A stretch of 64,000 nucleotides of DNA from Candidatus Aminicenantales bacterium (GTDB lineage Bacteria > Acidobacteriota > Aminicenantia > Aminicenantales > UBA4085), in the NCBI GenBank assembly GCA_049697115.1, contig JBAVVD010000060.1, positions 3,301-67,300 of the forward strand, read 5' to 3'. Both the position numbers and the translations under genes were made by a program. Below, piece by piece: positions 26,980-37,303 of the stretch. Position 1 is the stretch's first letter. Each line of letters opens with the position of its first letter. The notes under the pieces are model-generated. The model did no database searches. It was not told the origin of the DNA and saw only the letters and a list, made by a program, of their open reading frames with translations.

Positions 26980-29789
26980 AAACCTCAGTCATCCTCCTAT
27001 TCCTGGGAATTATTCTTTTCATCTGGACACCCGCCTGGTCCATTGAGACCGGCGAAATCAAAGGCAAAGTCCTGGATGAAAGCGCGGTCGAGCTGCCCGG
27101 CGTGGAGGTGACGGCCGCAAGCCCTTCCCTTCAGGGCGTCCGTTCCACATTTTCCTCCAGAAACGGGGATTTTTATTTTCCCCTTCTTCCGGTCGGCAAT
27201 TACACCCTGACCTTCAAGCTTCAGGGCTTCAATACAGTCATCCAGGAAAATGTTCAGGTCCATTTGGGAATGGTCACCAGTCTCACCGTGACCATTATCC
27301 CATCGAAAATCGAGAAGGAGGTTGTGGTTAAGGCGGAAACACCGCTGATCGATAAGACCTCCACCGACACTTCTTATCACCTCAGTTCAGAAGACCTGGA
27401 AAAAATTCCGGCCCAGAACCGGACGATTGTCGACGTGGTGAAATTCACGCCCGGAGTCTCGGGCGTTCGGGTCAACACCCGATACGGCACCTCCATTGAA
27501 GGCCAGCCGAGTTTCCGGGGGGAAGGAGAAGAAGGCAACACCTGGGTGGTGGACGGCCTGGCCATCAGCGGCGTCCGTCTGAGAAGCTCGGGAATGCGGC
27601 TCAACTTCGACTCCGTGGATGAAATCCAGATCATTTCAGACGCCTTCAGTCCGGAATTCGGATCCGCCTTCGGCGGCATCATCAACATGGTCACCAAAAG
27701 CGGAAGCAATGAACTCAGAGGCGAATTCTCCCTTGTATTTACAGACAAGTCATTCCAGGCCGCCAGGGAGCCGCAGCTTTCCGTGGTCAGCGAACCGGAA
27801 TATTTCTCCAATTCCAATTGGTATTTTAACCTGGGGGGACCCATCGTCAAAGATAAACTCTGGTTTTTTATCTCAGAAAATTTCTATTCCGATACCGAAC
27901 AGACCACAGACGGCTTTGTCGATTATTTGTTTATCCCTGGAGGGGAGAAAACCACCCGCAACAACAACATTTTTGCCAAGTTGACCTATTCCCCCGGCAG
28001 CCGCCACACGCTCTCGTTAACTACCAGCTACAACAAGTCCTTCCGGCAGAAAGGAGGCACGGGAATCCCGGACTTGTACGAGCAAAAAAGTTACACAGAT
28101 TTCTTTTTCCGGGCCAATTACAAAGGAATCCTCAATCCTTCGATGTTCATCGAAGCCGGACTGGGCCAGGTGCATAGAGACTCCCTGAAAAAGCCTCAGG
28201 ATGAAGACCTCGGGCCCGCTATGTACTACATCGAGGACCTCGCCCAGAATTTCCACAACTCTTACGGCCTTGTGACGGATATAGAGAAAAGGCTGGATTT
28301 CAGCTTCAAATTCACCAAATACCTGGATACGCAGACCCTGGGCCACCATGAGCTCAACCTGGGATTTGAACTCTATCAATTCTCCTCCAATTTCAGGGTT
28401 GATTTCACCGGAAAAGAGGAAGACATCTTCCCGGGAAATGGATTCGATGCCGGGACCAAATACTATTTCGGCTCCTGGAAAGAGGGCCAGATAACACCCA
28501 CTTTTTTCTATGAATACGGGGCTTTTAACTTTAAAAATACCGCTTCGGGGATCGGTGTTTATGTCAAGGATAAAATTATCTGGGATCGGTTCACTCTGAT
28601 GCTGGGGGTGCGCAGCCAGACGCAGCTCTGCACAGACGATAAAGGAGAGAAGCTCTGGTCCTGGAATTTGAGGGACTTTCTTTCCCCGCGCTTTTCTCTC
28701 ACCATTGACCTGACCAAAGACGGCGCGAATGTCCTTAAGCTCGCCTGGGGTAAATTTTCCGATTTGATCACCACAATGCCCATGGGCTTCTTCAATCCAG
28801 GAGCCGGCCTGACCTTCCGCAACTATACATGGAATGGGCCCCAGAATCCCTCCGAAAGCGAACTGCACGATCCCTCGAACTGGGAGTTCGCCAACGAGCC
28901 GCCGTCCGTGCGGTATGAAGTCGCCGAAGACATCAAACCCAATTTTCTGACCCGCACGCTCATCGAATTTGATCGAAGGCTTGCCGCGAACTGGGTGCTG
29001 AAAGCCCGCTACATCCATTCCGAAGCCAAAAACCTTCTCGAAATTCTGGCCGTTTTTGACCTGAATACAAAATACAAATTCCTTTACGACAATTTCGAAT
29101 ATAAAAGACGGAATTATTCAGGATTCGAACTCGAGCTCAATGGAAAAATCGGGAAGAACTTTTTTTTGAACGCTTCTTACTCCCATGCATCGGCCAAAGG
29201 AACGAATCCCGGACAGACCGAATACGGCTCTTGGTCCTCTGAAGAAGGGAGCACCAATTATCTGGGTCTTTTTGGAAATCATATCTTTGTTCCTCCCTGG
29301 CCGGGACTGGAAGACATCAAAGCATGGGCGGACTACTGGCTGGGAGGACTCGGCGGCCGAGACATCGGCGATGAAGGCTGGTATGGAAAGCTGCCCTACT
29401 CTCTTGACCACAATTTCAAGCTGAATTCGATTTTAGTCGCACCCTTTGGAATCATTCTCTCCGCTGCTTTTGAGTACATATCCGGATATTACTGGGAAAA
29501 AAGAGGCTATGTCCCATTTTTCGGCGGCTATTACTCCTTCCCTGAAGGACGAGGCTCGCGGAAGACCTCCGCCCACACGTATCTGGATATCTCTCTGGAA
29601 AAATCTTTTAGGATTCCAGAGTTATCCTTTATCAAAAACGCTTTCTTCTCGGTAAGGCTCGACATTTTTAATGTTCTTAACAGCCAGAAGCCCATTTCCT
29701 ATGTCCGGGAAAATGTGCCCATCTTTGGGTCCATCTGGGGACGTCAGCAGCCCCGCCAGGCCCGCCTCATGATCAAAATAAAATTCTGA
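26976..29789 (+). CDS. TonB-dependent receptor-like outer-membrane protein with N-terminal carboxypeptidase-regulatory-like domain
   Basis: Signal peptide, CarboxypepD_reg-like N-domain ([18 protein letters not shown]...NGDFYF), plug-like region and a long beta-barrel ending in ...MIKIKF (C-terminal Phe). Confidence 0.75.
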   Translation: MKTSVILLFLGIILFIWTPAWSIETGEIKGKVLDESAVELPGVEVTAASPSLQGVRSTFSSRNGDFYFPLLPVGNYTLTFKLQGFNTVIQENVQVHLGMVTSLTVTIIPSKIEKEVVVKAETPLIDKTSTDTSYHLSSEDLEKIPAQNRTIVDVVKFTPGVSGVRVNTRYGTSIEGQPSFRGEGEEGNTWVVDGLAISGVRLRSSGMRLNFDSVDEIQIISDAFSPEFGSAFGGIINMVTKSGSNELRGEFSLVFTDKSFQAAREPQLSVVSEPEYFSNSNWYFNLGGPIVKDKLWFFISENFYSDTEQTTDGFVDYLFIPGGEKTTRNNNIFAKLTYSPGSRHTLSLTTSYNKSFRQKGGTGIPDLYEQKSYTDFFFRANYKGILNPSMFIEAGLGQVHRDSLKKPQDEDLGPAMYYIEDLAQNFHNSYGLVTDIEKRLDFSFKFTKYLDTQTLGHHELNLGFELYQFSSNFRVDFTGKEEDIFPGNGFDAGTKYYFGSWKEGQITPTFFYEYGAFNFKNTASGIGVYVKDKIIWDRFTLMLGVRSQTQLCTDDKGEKLWSWNLRDFLSPRFSLTIDLTKDGANVLKLAWGKFSDLITTMPMGFFNPGAGLTFRNYTWNGPQNPSESELHDPSNWEFANEPPSVRYEVAEDIKPNFLTRTLIEFDRRLAANWVLKARYIHSEAKNLLEILAVFDLNTKYKFLYDNFEYKRRNYSGFELELNGKIGKNFFLNASYSHASAKGTNPGQTEYGSWSSEEGSTNYLGLFGNHIFVPPWPGLEDIKAWADYWLGGLGGRDIGDEGWYGKLPYSLDHNFKLNSILVAPFGIILSAAFEYISGYYWEKRGYVPFFGGYYSFPEGRGSRKTSAHTYLDISLEKSFRIPELSFIKNAFFSVRLDIFNVLNSQKPISYVRENVPIFGSIWGRQQPRQARLMIKIKF

Positions 29790-29827
29790 ATCTTTTCTAT
29801 TCTGAGTGGGTAAAAAAGGAGATCTCC

Positions 29828-29916
29828 GGAAGGGCTGAAGCGACCATTGAAGGTTTAGCCTTCCCGAGGCGCTTCTGGAGGGAACCCGGCTTTGCCGGGC
29901 GGCGAGGATGTCTGAG
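29828..29916 (+). repeat. ~89-bp structured intergenic repeat, copy A (between the convergent TonB-receptor and glmS genes)
   Basis: ~92% identical to the reverse complement of 47623-47711. Contains the hairpin cccggc-ttt-gccggg and other stems. Confidence 0.8.
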
Positions 29917-29926
29917 TATCTCTTTT

Positions 29927-31756
29927 TTATTCGACGGTCACACTCTTGGCCAGATTCCGAGGCTGGTCCACATCCGCTCCTCTTTTGGCCGCAATAAAAT
30001 ACGCAAAGAGCTGCAGCGGAAGGACCGTCAAGAAAGGCGTAAAAAGCGGGTGGATGGAGGGAATAGGGATGACCACATCGACATGATGGGCAATCTCTCT
30101 ATCGTCCTCAAAGGCCACCGCCAGAACATATCCGAGGCGGGCTTTGATCTCGGAAATGTTGCTCAGCATCTTTTCATAAACCCGGTCCTTGGGGACGACC
30201 GCCATGGTCGGCATTTTCTCATCGATCAGCGCAATGGGCCCGTGCTTCATCTCTCCGCCCGGATATCCCTCCGCATGGATGTAGGAAATCTCTTTGAGCT
30301 TCAATGCGCCCTCCAAGGCCACTGGGAAGTTGACCCAGCGTCCGAGATACAGGAAATGGGAAAAGGAAACAAAATTCATGGCGACCTGTTCCAGAGTATT
30401 TGTCTGGCTGAGAATCTTCTCCATTTTGTATGGAATCCGCTGAAGCTCCTGAACAAAAGAAAGGCTTGTGGCCGGATCGATCTTCCCTTTTTGCTGGGCC
30501 AGATAGAGAGCCACCAGAGCCAGGGCTGTCAACTGAGCGGCAAAGGTCTTGGTGGCCGCCACGCCGATTTCAGGACCCGCGTGTGTGTACAGGACGCCAT
30601 CGGCCTCGCGGGCTATGGACGAGCTGACGGCATTGGTGATGGCCAGCACGGCCAGGCCTTTCTTCTTCACCACGCGCAGGGCAGCCAGCGTGTCCGCCGT
30701 CTCTCCGGACTGGGAAATGACTATAGTCAGAGTGTCCTTATCGAGAATGAAATTCCGGTAGCGAAATTCAGAAGCATATTCCACGTCCACGGGAATCTGA
30801 GCCAAAAACTCCAGGAAATATTTGCCCACCAGGCCGGCATGATAGGATGTCCCGCAGGCAATGACCACAGCTTTCCCGGCTTTTTTCAGCACCGAAGGGG
30901 CAATGCCGATCTCCTCCAGTAAGGCCTGGCCTGAATCCAGGGAAGTTCTCCCCGTGAGAGTGTCGCGAACAACCTGCGGCTGTTCATATATTTCCTTGAG
31001 CATAAAATGCTTGAATCCTTTCTTCTCAACCATGAGGGAGCTCCAGCTCAAGATTTCTGCTTTTTTCTCGATGGAGTTTCCCTTAAAGTCAAAGAACTCC
31101 ACCCCCGAGGTCTTGCAGACGGCCATTTCTCCATCATCCAGAAAAACCACTTTTTGGGTGTGTGCCAGGATGGGATTGATATCGGATGAGACAAAATATT
31201 CATTCTCGCCCAGACCGATCACAATCGGCGGCCCGACTTTGGCCGCCACGATCTTATCCAGGTCTCCGGTCGAAATGCAGGCAATGGCAAACGCGCCTTC
31301 AAGTTCCTGGATGGCCCTCCGCACGGCCTCCTCGAGGGAACCCTGAAAATATTTCTCGATGAGGTGAGCGATGACCTCTGTGTCGGTTTCTGTGCGATAG
31401 GTGTGGCCTTCGTCCCTCAGTTTTTGTTTTAAAGCCAGGTAATTTTCAATGATTCCGTTGTGGACAATCACCAGCGAGCCTGTGCAGTCCTGATGCGGAT
31501 GGGCATTTTCCTCGCTCGGCCGGCCATGGGTGGCCCATCGGGTGTGCCCAAGACCGTAGCTTCCGCTTAAAGGCCGCTCCTGAAGACGCTCTTCCAGCGA
31601 CTTTATTTTTCCTTTAACTCTCCTGATCTGAACTTTGCCTTGGTCGACAACGGCAATTCCTGCCGAATCGTATCCCCGATATTCCAATTTCTTCAGTCCT
31701 TCGACGAGCATAGAGACGACATTCTTTGTCCCCAGATAGCCAATGATTCCGCACAT
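29927..31756 (-). CDS. glmS: Glutamine--fructose-6-phosphate aminotransferase
   Basis: True start MCGIIGY (N-terminal nucleophile Cys) at 31756. The track ORF extends 75 codons further upstream. SIS domains at the C-terminus ending ...VTVE. Confidence 0.92.
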   Translation of the reverse strand: MCGIIGYLGTKNVVSMLVEGLKKLEYRGYDSAGIAVVDQGKVQIRRVKGKIKSLEERLQERPLSGSYGLGHTRWATHGRPSEENAHPHQDCTGSLVIVHNGIIENYLALKQKLRDEGHTYRTETDTEVIAHLIEKYFQGSLEEAVRRAIQELEGAFAIACISTGDLDKIVAAKVGPPIVIGLGENEYFVSSDINPILAHTQKVVFLDDGEMAVCKTSGVEFFDFKGNSIEKKAEILSWSSLMVEKKGFKHFMLKEIYEQPQVVRDTLTGRTSLDSGQALLEEIGIAPSVLKKAGKAVVIACGTSYHAGLVGKYFLEFLAQIPVDVEYASEFRYRNFILDKDTLTIVISQSGETADTLAALRVVKKKGLAVLAITNAVSSSIAREADGVLYTHAGPEIGVAATKTFAAQLTALALVALYLAQQKGKIDPATSLSFVQELQRIPYKMEKILSQTNTLEQVAMNFVSFSHFLYLGRWVNFPVALEGALKLKEISYIHAEGYPGGEMKHGPIALIDEKMPTMAVVPKDRVYEKMLSNISEIKARLGYVLAVAFEDDREIAHHVDVVIPIPSIHPLFTPFLTVLPLQLFAYFIAAKRGADVDQPRNLAKSVTVE

Positions 31757-31769
31757 ATGATCCTTCTTA

Positions 31770-33149
31770 TTATTTTTTCTTTCTTCTCCGAGCCCAACCT
31801 GTTTTCTCGATCTGCCTTCCGCGGTTGACAGCCAGAGACCAGGGAGAAACATCCTTGGTAATGGTCGAGCCAGCCCCGACATAGGCGCCTCTGCCGACTT
31901 TAAGCGGGGCCACCAGTTCCGTCCCTGATCCGATAAATGCTTTGGATTCGACCAAAGTCTTGTGCTTTTTAACTCCATCATAATTGCAGGTAATAGTGCC
32001 TGCGCCTATATTGACGTCTTCCTGAATCTCACAGTCCCCGAGATAGGTCAGATGGCCGGCCTTAGAGCGCCTGCCGAAATCCGTGGTCTTCATCTCGACA
32101 AAGTTGCCTACCTTGGAGCCTGAGCGAAGGATGGTTTTGGGCCGGATGCGGGCAAAAGGGCCAACCTGAACATTGTCTTCGATTGTCGCTCCATCGATCA
32201 CTGTGAAACTCAAGATTTTGACTCTATTGCCAACCCTGGTATTAGTGAGATGGGCGCCCGGATAGATCCAGCACTGCTTCCCGATCACTGTCTTTCCTTC
32301 AAGAATAACCGAAGGATAGAGGACCGTGTCCTTTCCTATCCGGACATCCAGGTCTATCCAAACCGAAGACGGATCATAGACTGTCACTCCGCTCCGGGCA
32401 AGCTGCCGGATTTTCCTGTCTCTGAGAACGGCGGCGGCTCTGGCCAGATCAAGTCTGTTGTTAATCTGAAAAACATCCTGGAGAGATGGCGGGCTGAAGA
32501 CATCCATTTTTTTCCGATTTCCGGCCAGAACTCTGGCTATGGCCGCGAGCCAGGATTCATCTTCTTTGCTCAGACCCGAAATTCCCGGTAAAATCTGGAG
32601 AAGATCCCGGACTCGGATGATGCAGAGGTTCGGGGAAACCTCTCTCGAATTCCCGGTTTGAGAGGGTGTCTGTCTTTCCGGAATGACTTTAATCCTCCCT
32701 TTTTCAAGACGCACAATACGGACACATCCCGGCCGACTCTCTGTCTCCATTAGAGTCAATGCATTTCCGTTATTCCGGTGAAAGGACCACAGCGCTTTGA
32801 GCGCGGGAGGTTGAATCAGAGGCATATCCCCGCTGACGACCAGGAGGTCTTTTTCCTTCTCCCTGATTAAAGTTTTTCTGGCCCAGTGAGATAAAATGGC
32901 CTTCATCCCCTGGGACTGCGGCTGGATGAAATCCACACGGGAAAAGCGAACGCTTTTCCTCGCTTCTTCCACGTCTTCCTTCCGGTCCAGAAGGACATAA
33001 AGCCTTTCCGGTTTCATGGAGAGAACAGTCTCCGCGACCTGCTGGAACATGGATTTTCCTAAGATGGGGTGAAGGAATTTGTTTTTTTCCGATTTAAATC
33101 CGGCTTGCCTTCCCGAAGCCAGGATTAGTGACAGCAAGTCTTTCCTCAT
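31770..33149 (-). CDS. glmU: Bifunctional UDP-GlcNAc pyrophosphorylase / GlcN-1-P N-acetyltransferase
   Basis: N-terminal nucleotidyltransferase (LILASGRQAGFKS...KFLHPILGKSM) and a C-terminal left-handed beta-helix hexapeptide region. 13 bp upstream of glmS. Confidence 0.85.
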   Translation of the reverse strand: MRKDLLSLILASGRQAGFKSEKNKFLHPILGKSMFQQVAETVLSMKPERLYVLLDRKEDVEEARKSVRFSRVDFIQPQSQGMKAILSHWARKTLIREKEKDLLVVSGDMPLIQPPALKALWSFHRNNGNALTLMETESRPGCVRIVRLEKGRIKVIPERQTPSQTGNSREVSPNLCIIRVRDLLQILPGISGLSKEDESWLAAIARVLAGNRKKMDVFSPPSLQDVFQINNRLDLARAAAVLRDRKIRQLARSGVTVYDPSSVWIDLDVRIGKDTVLYPSVILEGKTVIGKQCWIYPGAHLTNTRVGNRVKILSFTVIDGATIEDNVQVGPFARIRPKTILRSGSKVGNFVEMKTTDFGRRSKAGHLTYLGDCEIQEDVNIGAGTITCNYDGVKKHKTLVESKAFIGSGTELVAPLKVGRGAYVGAGSTITKDVSPWSLAVNRGRQIEKTGWARRRKKK

Positions 33150-33658
33150 ATCATCCGGGTGATGAGTTTAAACCTCTTGTCCTCCCAGAGTGGTTCAAAA
33201 TCTGTCTCGTTCTGAGCGAGTATCTTAAAAAATTTATCCATTTGAATGGCCTTCTTCAGATACTCCAGAGAAGCTTCATGCTGACCCTTCTGACACAAAA
33301 GATCAGCCATCAGGTAGATAATCTTTGGCTCATCCGGATTCATCTTTTCGGCTTTTTCAAAGAGTTTCAGGGCTTCCTCAAGGTCGCCGCCGTTCATTTT
33401 ATAGACACCATACTGGTAATAATCATCAAGCGTTTTCAAAGGAACGACATCCTTTTCCGTCTTGGCCCGCTGTTCGCTTATGGCCAGATAGATACGGGCC
33501 CGGTCCACGAGCTCCTTCTCCGCCGTATGCTTCTCTAAAAAATTTCTCAAAATTTCAGAGACCCTGTCAAACTTGCCTTTGCGAAATTCCTTCATGGCAT
33601 CCGAATAGATGGAAAGGGCCTTTTGGTATTCATCCTTTTTTGCTCTTTCTTCTTTCAC
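33146..33658 (-). CDS. TPR-repeat protein
   Basis: 170 aa with tetratricopeptide-like repeats (ALKLFEKAEKMNPDEPKIIYLMADLLCQKGQHEASLEYLKKAIQ). Confidence 0.55.
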   Translation of the reverse strand: MKEERAKKDEYQKALSIYSDAMKEFRKGKFDRVSEILRNFLEKHTAEKELVDRARIYLAISEQRAKTEKDVVPLKTLDDYYQYGVYKMNGGDLEEALKLFEKAEKMNPDEPKIIYLMADLLCQKGQHEASLEYLKKAIQMDKFFKILAQNETDFEPLWEDKRFKLITRMI

Positions 33659-33703
33659 CTTGAGTCTCCTGCGAATTTATTAATTTCCCATTTTACTAAT
33701 TTT

Positions 33704-34540
33704 TTACTGATAAGTCCAGAATTCAGGATTGTCCAGGAGAAATCTAACGGCTTTCAAATGAAGGTAGTGACCGGCCCTATCTCCTTTAAAATGTCCGATT
33801 AAGGGGAATCCCAGGAGGGCCAGATCGCCTAAAAGGTCCAGCAATTTATGGCGGACAAACTCATCGGGAAAGCGTAACGGTCCGTTGACCACTTTTTTCT
33901 CATCGAGGGCAATCGTATTGTCCAAGGAAGCTCCCAGGGCTAAGCCCTGGCGCCGGAGAGCGTCCACGTCTCTTAAAAATCCGAATGTCCTGGCCGGAGC
34001 AATCTCCCGGAGGAAAATCTCTGCGTTCATCTCCAGGCTGACCTCCTGCTTTCGGACGGCGGGATGGAAGTAATCAATGCGGTAAGAGAGCCTCAAACAG
34101 GAATCCGGCGAAAAAGAAAAAGAAGCGTCTTTATCGCGAAGGGTAAAAGGCTTAAGAATTTTCATGCATTTTTTCTTCAGATGGAGGCTTTTCACTCCTG
34201 CTTGAAGAAACGCCCGGGCAAAAGGAACCGCGCTTCCATCCAGAAAGGGAACTTCATCTCTGTCCAGCTCTACGACAAGGCTGTCAATTCCGAACGCATA
34301 GAGGGCGGCCATTAAGTGCTCGACCGTTTGAATCCGGAATTTTTCTCCAGTCAGGACAGTGCTGTTTTTGGCTTCGATATGTCGAGGATCAGGGCACAGT
34401 TCCATGCCGCCTAGGTCCACCCTTCGAAAAATAAGTGATCCGGACGTCGAAGGCTTTAAAATCAGGCGGACATCCCGGCCGGTATGAACGCCGACTCCGG
34501 AGAGAGAGATCTCTCTTTTCAGTGTTTTCATTTCAACCAT
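33704..34540 (-). CDS. lpxC: UDP-3-O-acyl-N-acetylglucosamine deacetylase
   Basis: LSGVGVHTG...TVEHLMAALYAFGIDSLVVEL...EVPFLDGSA, canonical LpxC. Confidence 0.9.
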   Translation of the reverse strand: MVEMKTLKREISLSGVGVHTGRDVRLILKPSTSGSLIFRRVDLGGMELCPDPRHIEAKNSTVLTGEKFRIQTVEHLMAALYAFGIDSLVVELDRDEVPFLDGSAVPFARAFLQAGVKSLHLKKKCMKILKPFTLRDKDASFSFSPDSCLRLSYRIDYFHPAVRKQEVSLEMNAEIFLREIAPARTFGFLRDVDALRRQGLALGASLDNTIALDEKKVVNGPLRFPDEFVRHKLLDLLGDLALLGFPLIGHFKGDRAGHYLHLKAVRFLLDNPEFWTYQ

Positions 34541-34653
34541 TTTTATGCAGGAATTCGGCCGTATCGAATGAAACCAAGTATAACCTCTTTTGTTTCTGAC
34601 ATCAAATTAATATTTTCTTTCTGTCCCTTAACAGTTTGTGATAGAATTCGCCC

Positions 34654-35397
34654 GTGAAAGCTCTAATGGAAGATGTCCTGAGAAAAGTTCAGCAGGGAAA
34701 GCTCTCGCCGGAAAGGGCCCTCCGGAAGCTGAAAGATTACCCTTATCAGGACCTGAATTTTGCCAAAATTGACCACCACAGAGAATTGAGAAGGGGCTTC
34801 CCAGAAATTGTCTATGGGCTGGGAAAAACGGATGAACAGATACTGAAAATCGCTCAGGAGATTATCAACAAAGGGAGCAATCTCCTCATCACGCGGGTGG
34901 AAGCCCAAACTTATCAGAAAATAAAGAGAAAACTCCCCCGGGTCGGCTACAACGCCCAGGCGAAGGCCGTGTATTTAGAACAAAAGGAGGCTAAAAAGGG
35001 AAAGGGCAAAATTGTCATCCTCACTGCCGGGACATCCGATATCCCTGTGGCTGAAGAGGCCCATATCACCTGCTCTGTTCTGGGAAATGACGTGGATAGA
35101 ATATACGATGTGGGCGTGGCCGGCCTCCACCGTCTGCTCGGTGAATATGAGAAAATCCAAGGGGCTCGGGTCGTCATAGTCGTGGCCGGAATGGAAGGCG
35201 CTCTCCCGAGCGTCGTGTCCGGTTTGGTATCGGTTCCGGTCATTGCCGTGCCTACAAGCATCGGTTATGGGGCAAGCTTCAAGGGACTGGCCGCCTTGCT
35301 GGCCATGCTCAACTCCTGTCCAGGAGGTGTGGCTGTGGTCAACATCGACAACGGTTTTGGCGCCGGTTATATGGCCAGCCTGATCAATCATCTTTAG
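34654..35397 (+). CDS. larB: PurE-like nickel-pincer cofactor biosynthesis protein LarB (NCAIR mutase family)
   Basis: C-terminal PurE-like domain (IVILTAGTSDIPVAEEA..., VVAGMEGALPSVVSGL) with the LarB-type N-terminal extension. Confidence 0.65.
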   Translation: MKALMEDVLRKVQQGKLSPERALRKLKDYPYQDLNFAKIDHHRELRRGFPEIVYGLGKTDEQILKIAQEIINKGSNLLITRVEAQTYQKIKRKLPRVGYNAQAKAVYLEQKEAKKGKGKIVILTAGTSDIPVAEEAHITCSVLGNDVDRIYDVGVAGLHRLLGEYEKIQGARVVIVVAGMEGALPSVVSGLVSVPVIAVPTSIGYGASFKGLAALLAMLNSCPGGVAVVNIDNGFGAGYMASLINHL

Positions 35398-35446
35398 CGC
35401 GCTCTCCTTGCCTTCCTTTTGCCTATTTTTTTCATTTTTTTTCATC

Positions 35447-35475
35447 TTGACAATTGGGAGATTCAACCCTATATT
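35447..35475 (+). promoter_or_regulatory. Consensus sigma70 promoter TTGACA-17-TATATT upstream of dnaG
   Basis: ttgaca at 35447-35452, a 17-nt spacer, tatatt at 35470-35475. Confidence 0.5.
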
Positions 35476-35511
35476 TACATAAATCGTTTTGTATCAAACA
35501 GATGAATATTA

Positions 35512-37260
35512 ATGGAAATAACTGAAAAAATAAGGCAGGCGGCCAGTATAGCCGAAATTGCCTCTCAATACACGACGCTCAGACTGCGAGGAAAAAAACA
35601 GGTTGGTCTGTGTCCTTTCCACACCGAAAAGACGCCGTCCTTTACGGTGGACGAGGAAAAACAGCTTTTTCACTGCTTTGGCTGCGGTATGGGGGGGGAT
35701 GTTTTTACCCTGGTCATGGAGAAGGAAAACCTCAGCTTCCCTGAAGCCCTGAAATTTCTCGCTCAGAAGTATCACATCCCTCTTCCCCAGGAAAAAATAA
35801 TCTCTCCGACCGCTCTCAAGCAGGAAGAACAACTGTTAAAAATAAACGAATCCGCCCTGGCCTTTTTCAAGAAGAACCTCTACACCACCAATGAGGGCAA
35901 GGCCGCCCTGGATTATCTCAAAAAAAGGAATATTTCCGAGAGCACAATACAGGAGTTTAAGCTGGGCTATGCGTTAAATTCCTGGAATTTCCTGCTCTCT
36001 TATTTTACGGAAAAAGGTGTGGCTTCAAGGCTTCTCGAAAAAGCCGGACTGGTCATCCCCGGGAAAAAAAAGGAAGAAGTCTACGACCGTTTCAGGGGGA
36101 GAGTGATTTTCCCTATTTTCAGCCTGGCCGGAAAAGTCGTCGGCTTCGGCGGCCGGACGCTTTTCAATGCCGAGCCCAAATACCTGAACTCTCCCGAGAC
36201 TCCCGTCTACTTCAAAGGACAGCTCCTTTACGGTTTGAACTTCACTAAAGAGGCCGTCCGGAATGCCGGAGAAATGATTCTTGTGGAAGGGTACACAGAT
36301 TTTACCGCACTTTACCAGGCCGGAGTGAAAAATTGCGCGGCTTCTCTGGGGACAAGCCTGACCTCTCAGCAGGCCTCTCTAGCCCAGCGCTTCGCTCCCA
36401 GAATAATTATTAACTACGACGGCGATTCCGCCGGCAGAGCCGCCGCGCAGCGCGCGATTTCTCTCTGTTTTGAAAATGGAATTCAGACTCAGGTTCTCAT
36501 TTTGCCCAAAAATCTCGATCCCGATGGATTTCTCCAAAAACACGGCCGGGAGGCCTATTCCAGCTTGATGAAAAAAAGCGTCTCCGGCCTCAAGTTTCTC
36601 ATCGACACCGCCGTTCAAGGGAAACATATGGACATTCCGGAAGTCAAAACAAAGGTTCTCAAGGATATCCTGAAAGAGCTGGAAAATATCTCCGACTCTG
36701 TCCTCCGCAGCGAATACCTGAAGAAGACCAGTGAATATCTTTCTGTCGATGAAGCGCTTCTCCGCAGCCTGACTCAGAAAAAACCGGCAGAGATGCAAAC
36801 CGAAATAAGGGAATTTCTGCTTCCCGCTGAGAAAAGACTTCTTCAAATCCTTTTCGAAAAGAAAGACCTGAGGCCCTCCATTTTTGCCGAAATGGAAGAG
36901 GAGGATTTCCGGGGCTTGAAAAGTGAAGCGATTTTTAAGATAATGATAGAACAGCAAAAAAAGGAAAAGGATCTGGTCTTTCAGGAATTGAAACAGGATA
37001 TCGGATCCGCTTTATCGATGTTTCTGGCGCAGGCGCTTATTGAGAAGGGGAAAACACCGACCGTGAGTGAGGCGCGGGACTGCCTCCGCGCTCTGCGGAT
37101 ATGGACCAAAGAAAACCGGATAAAAGAGCTCCAGGTAGAAATCGCCCGCCTTGAAAAAAAGGGAGACGAGGAGAAAGTCCGGTCGCTTCAGCGCCAGAAA
37201 CGGGATTTAACCATGCAAATTCTCCCTGATAGAACAGTCCGGATGAAACATAAAGAGTAA
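35512..37260 (+). CDS. dnaG: DNA primase
   Basis: Zinc-binding CPFHTEKTPSF...CFGCG and a TOPRIM domain (EGYTDFTAL). Confidence 0.92.
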   Translation: MEITEKIRQAASIAEIASQYTTLRLRGKKQVGLCPFHTEKTPSFTVDEEKQLFHCFGCGMGGDVFTLVMEKENLSFPEALKFLAQKYHIPLPQEKIISPTALKQEEQLLKINESALAFFKKNLYTTNEGKAALDYLKKRNISESTIQEFKLGYALNSWNFLLSYFTEKGVASRLLEKAGLVIPGKKKEEVYDRFRGRVIFPIFSLAGKVVGFGGRTLFNAEPKYLNSPETPVYFKGQLLYGLNFTKEAVRNAGEMILVEGYTDFTALYQAGVKNCAASLGTSLTSQQASLAQRFAPRIIINYDGDSAGRAAAQRAISLCFENGIQTQVLILPKNLDPDGFLQKHGREAYSSLMKKSVSGLKFLIDTAVQGKHMDIPEVKTKVLKDILKELENISDSVLRSEYLKKTSEYLSVDEALLRSLTQKKPAEMQTEIREFLLPAEKRLLQILFEKKDLRPSIFAEMEEEDFRGLKSEAIFKIMIEQQKKEKDLVFQELKQDIGSALSMFLAQALIEKGKTPTVSEARDCLRALRIWTKENRIKELQVEIARLEKKGDEEKVRSLQRQKRDLTMQILPDRTVRMKHKE

Positions 37261-37303
37261 AACGGAAGTTATAACAAGGGGATAAATTTATCAAGGAGTT
37301 TAG

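Noticed and set aside
29927-31981. Possible glmS ribozyme or long N-terminal extension of GlmS
   Set aside because: The 75 extra N-terminal codons in the track ORF precede the obligatory Cys2 nucleophile (MCGIIGY) and are spurious. glmS lies 13 bp downstream of glmU, so there is no room for a 5' ribozyme.
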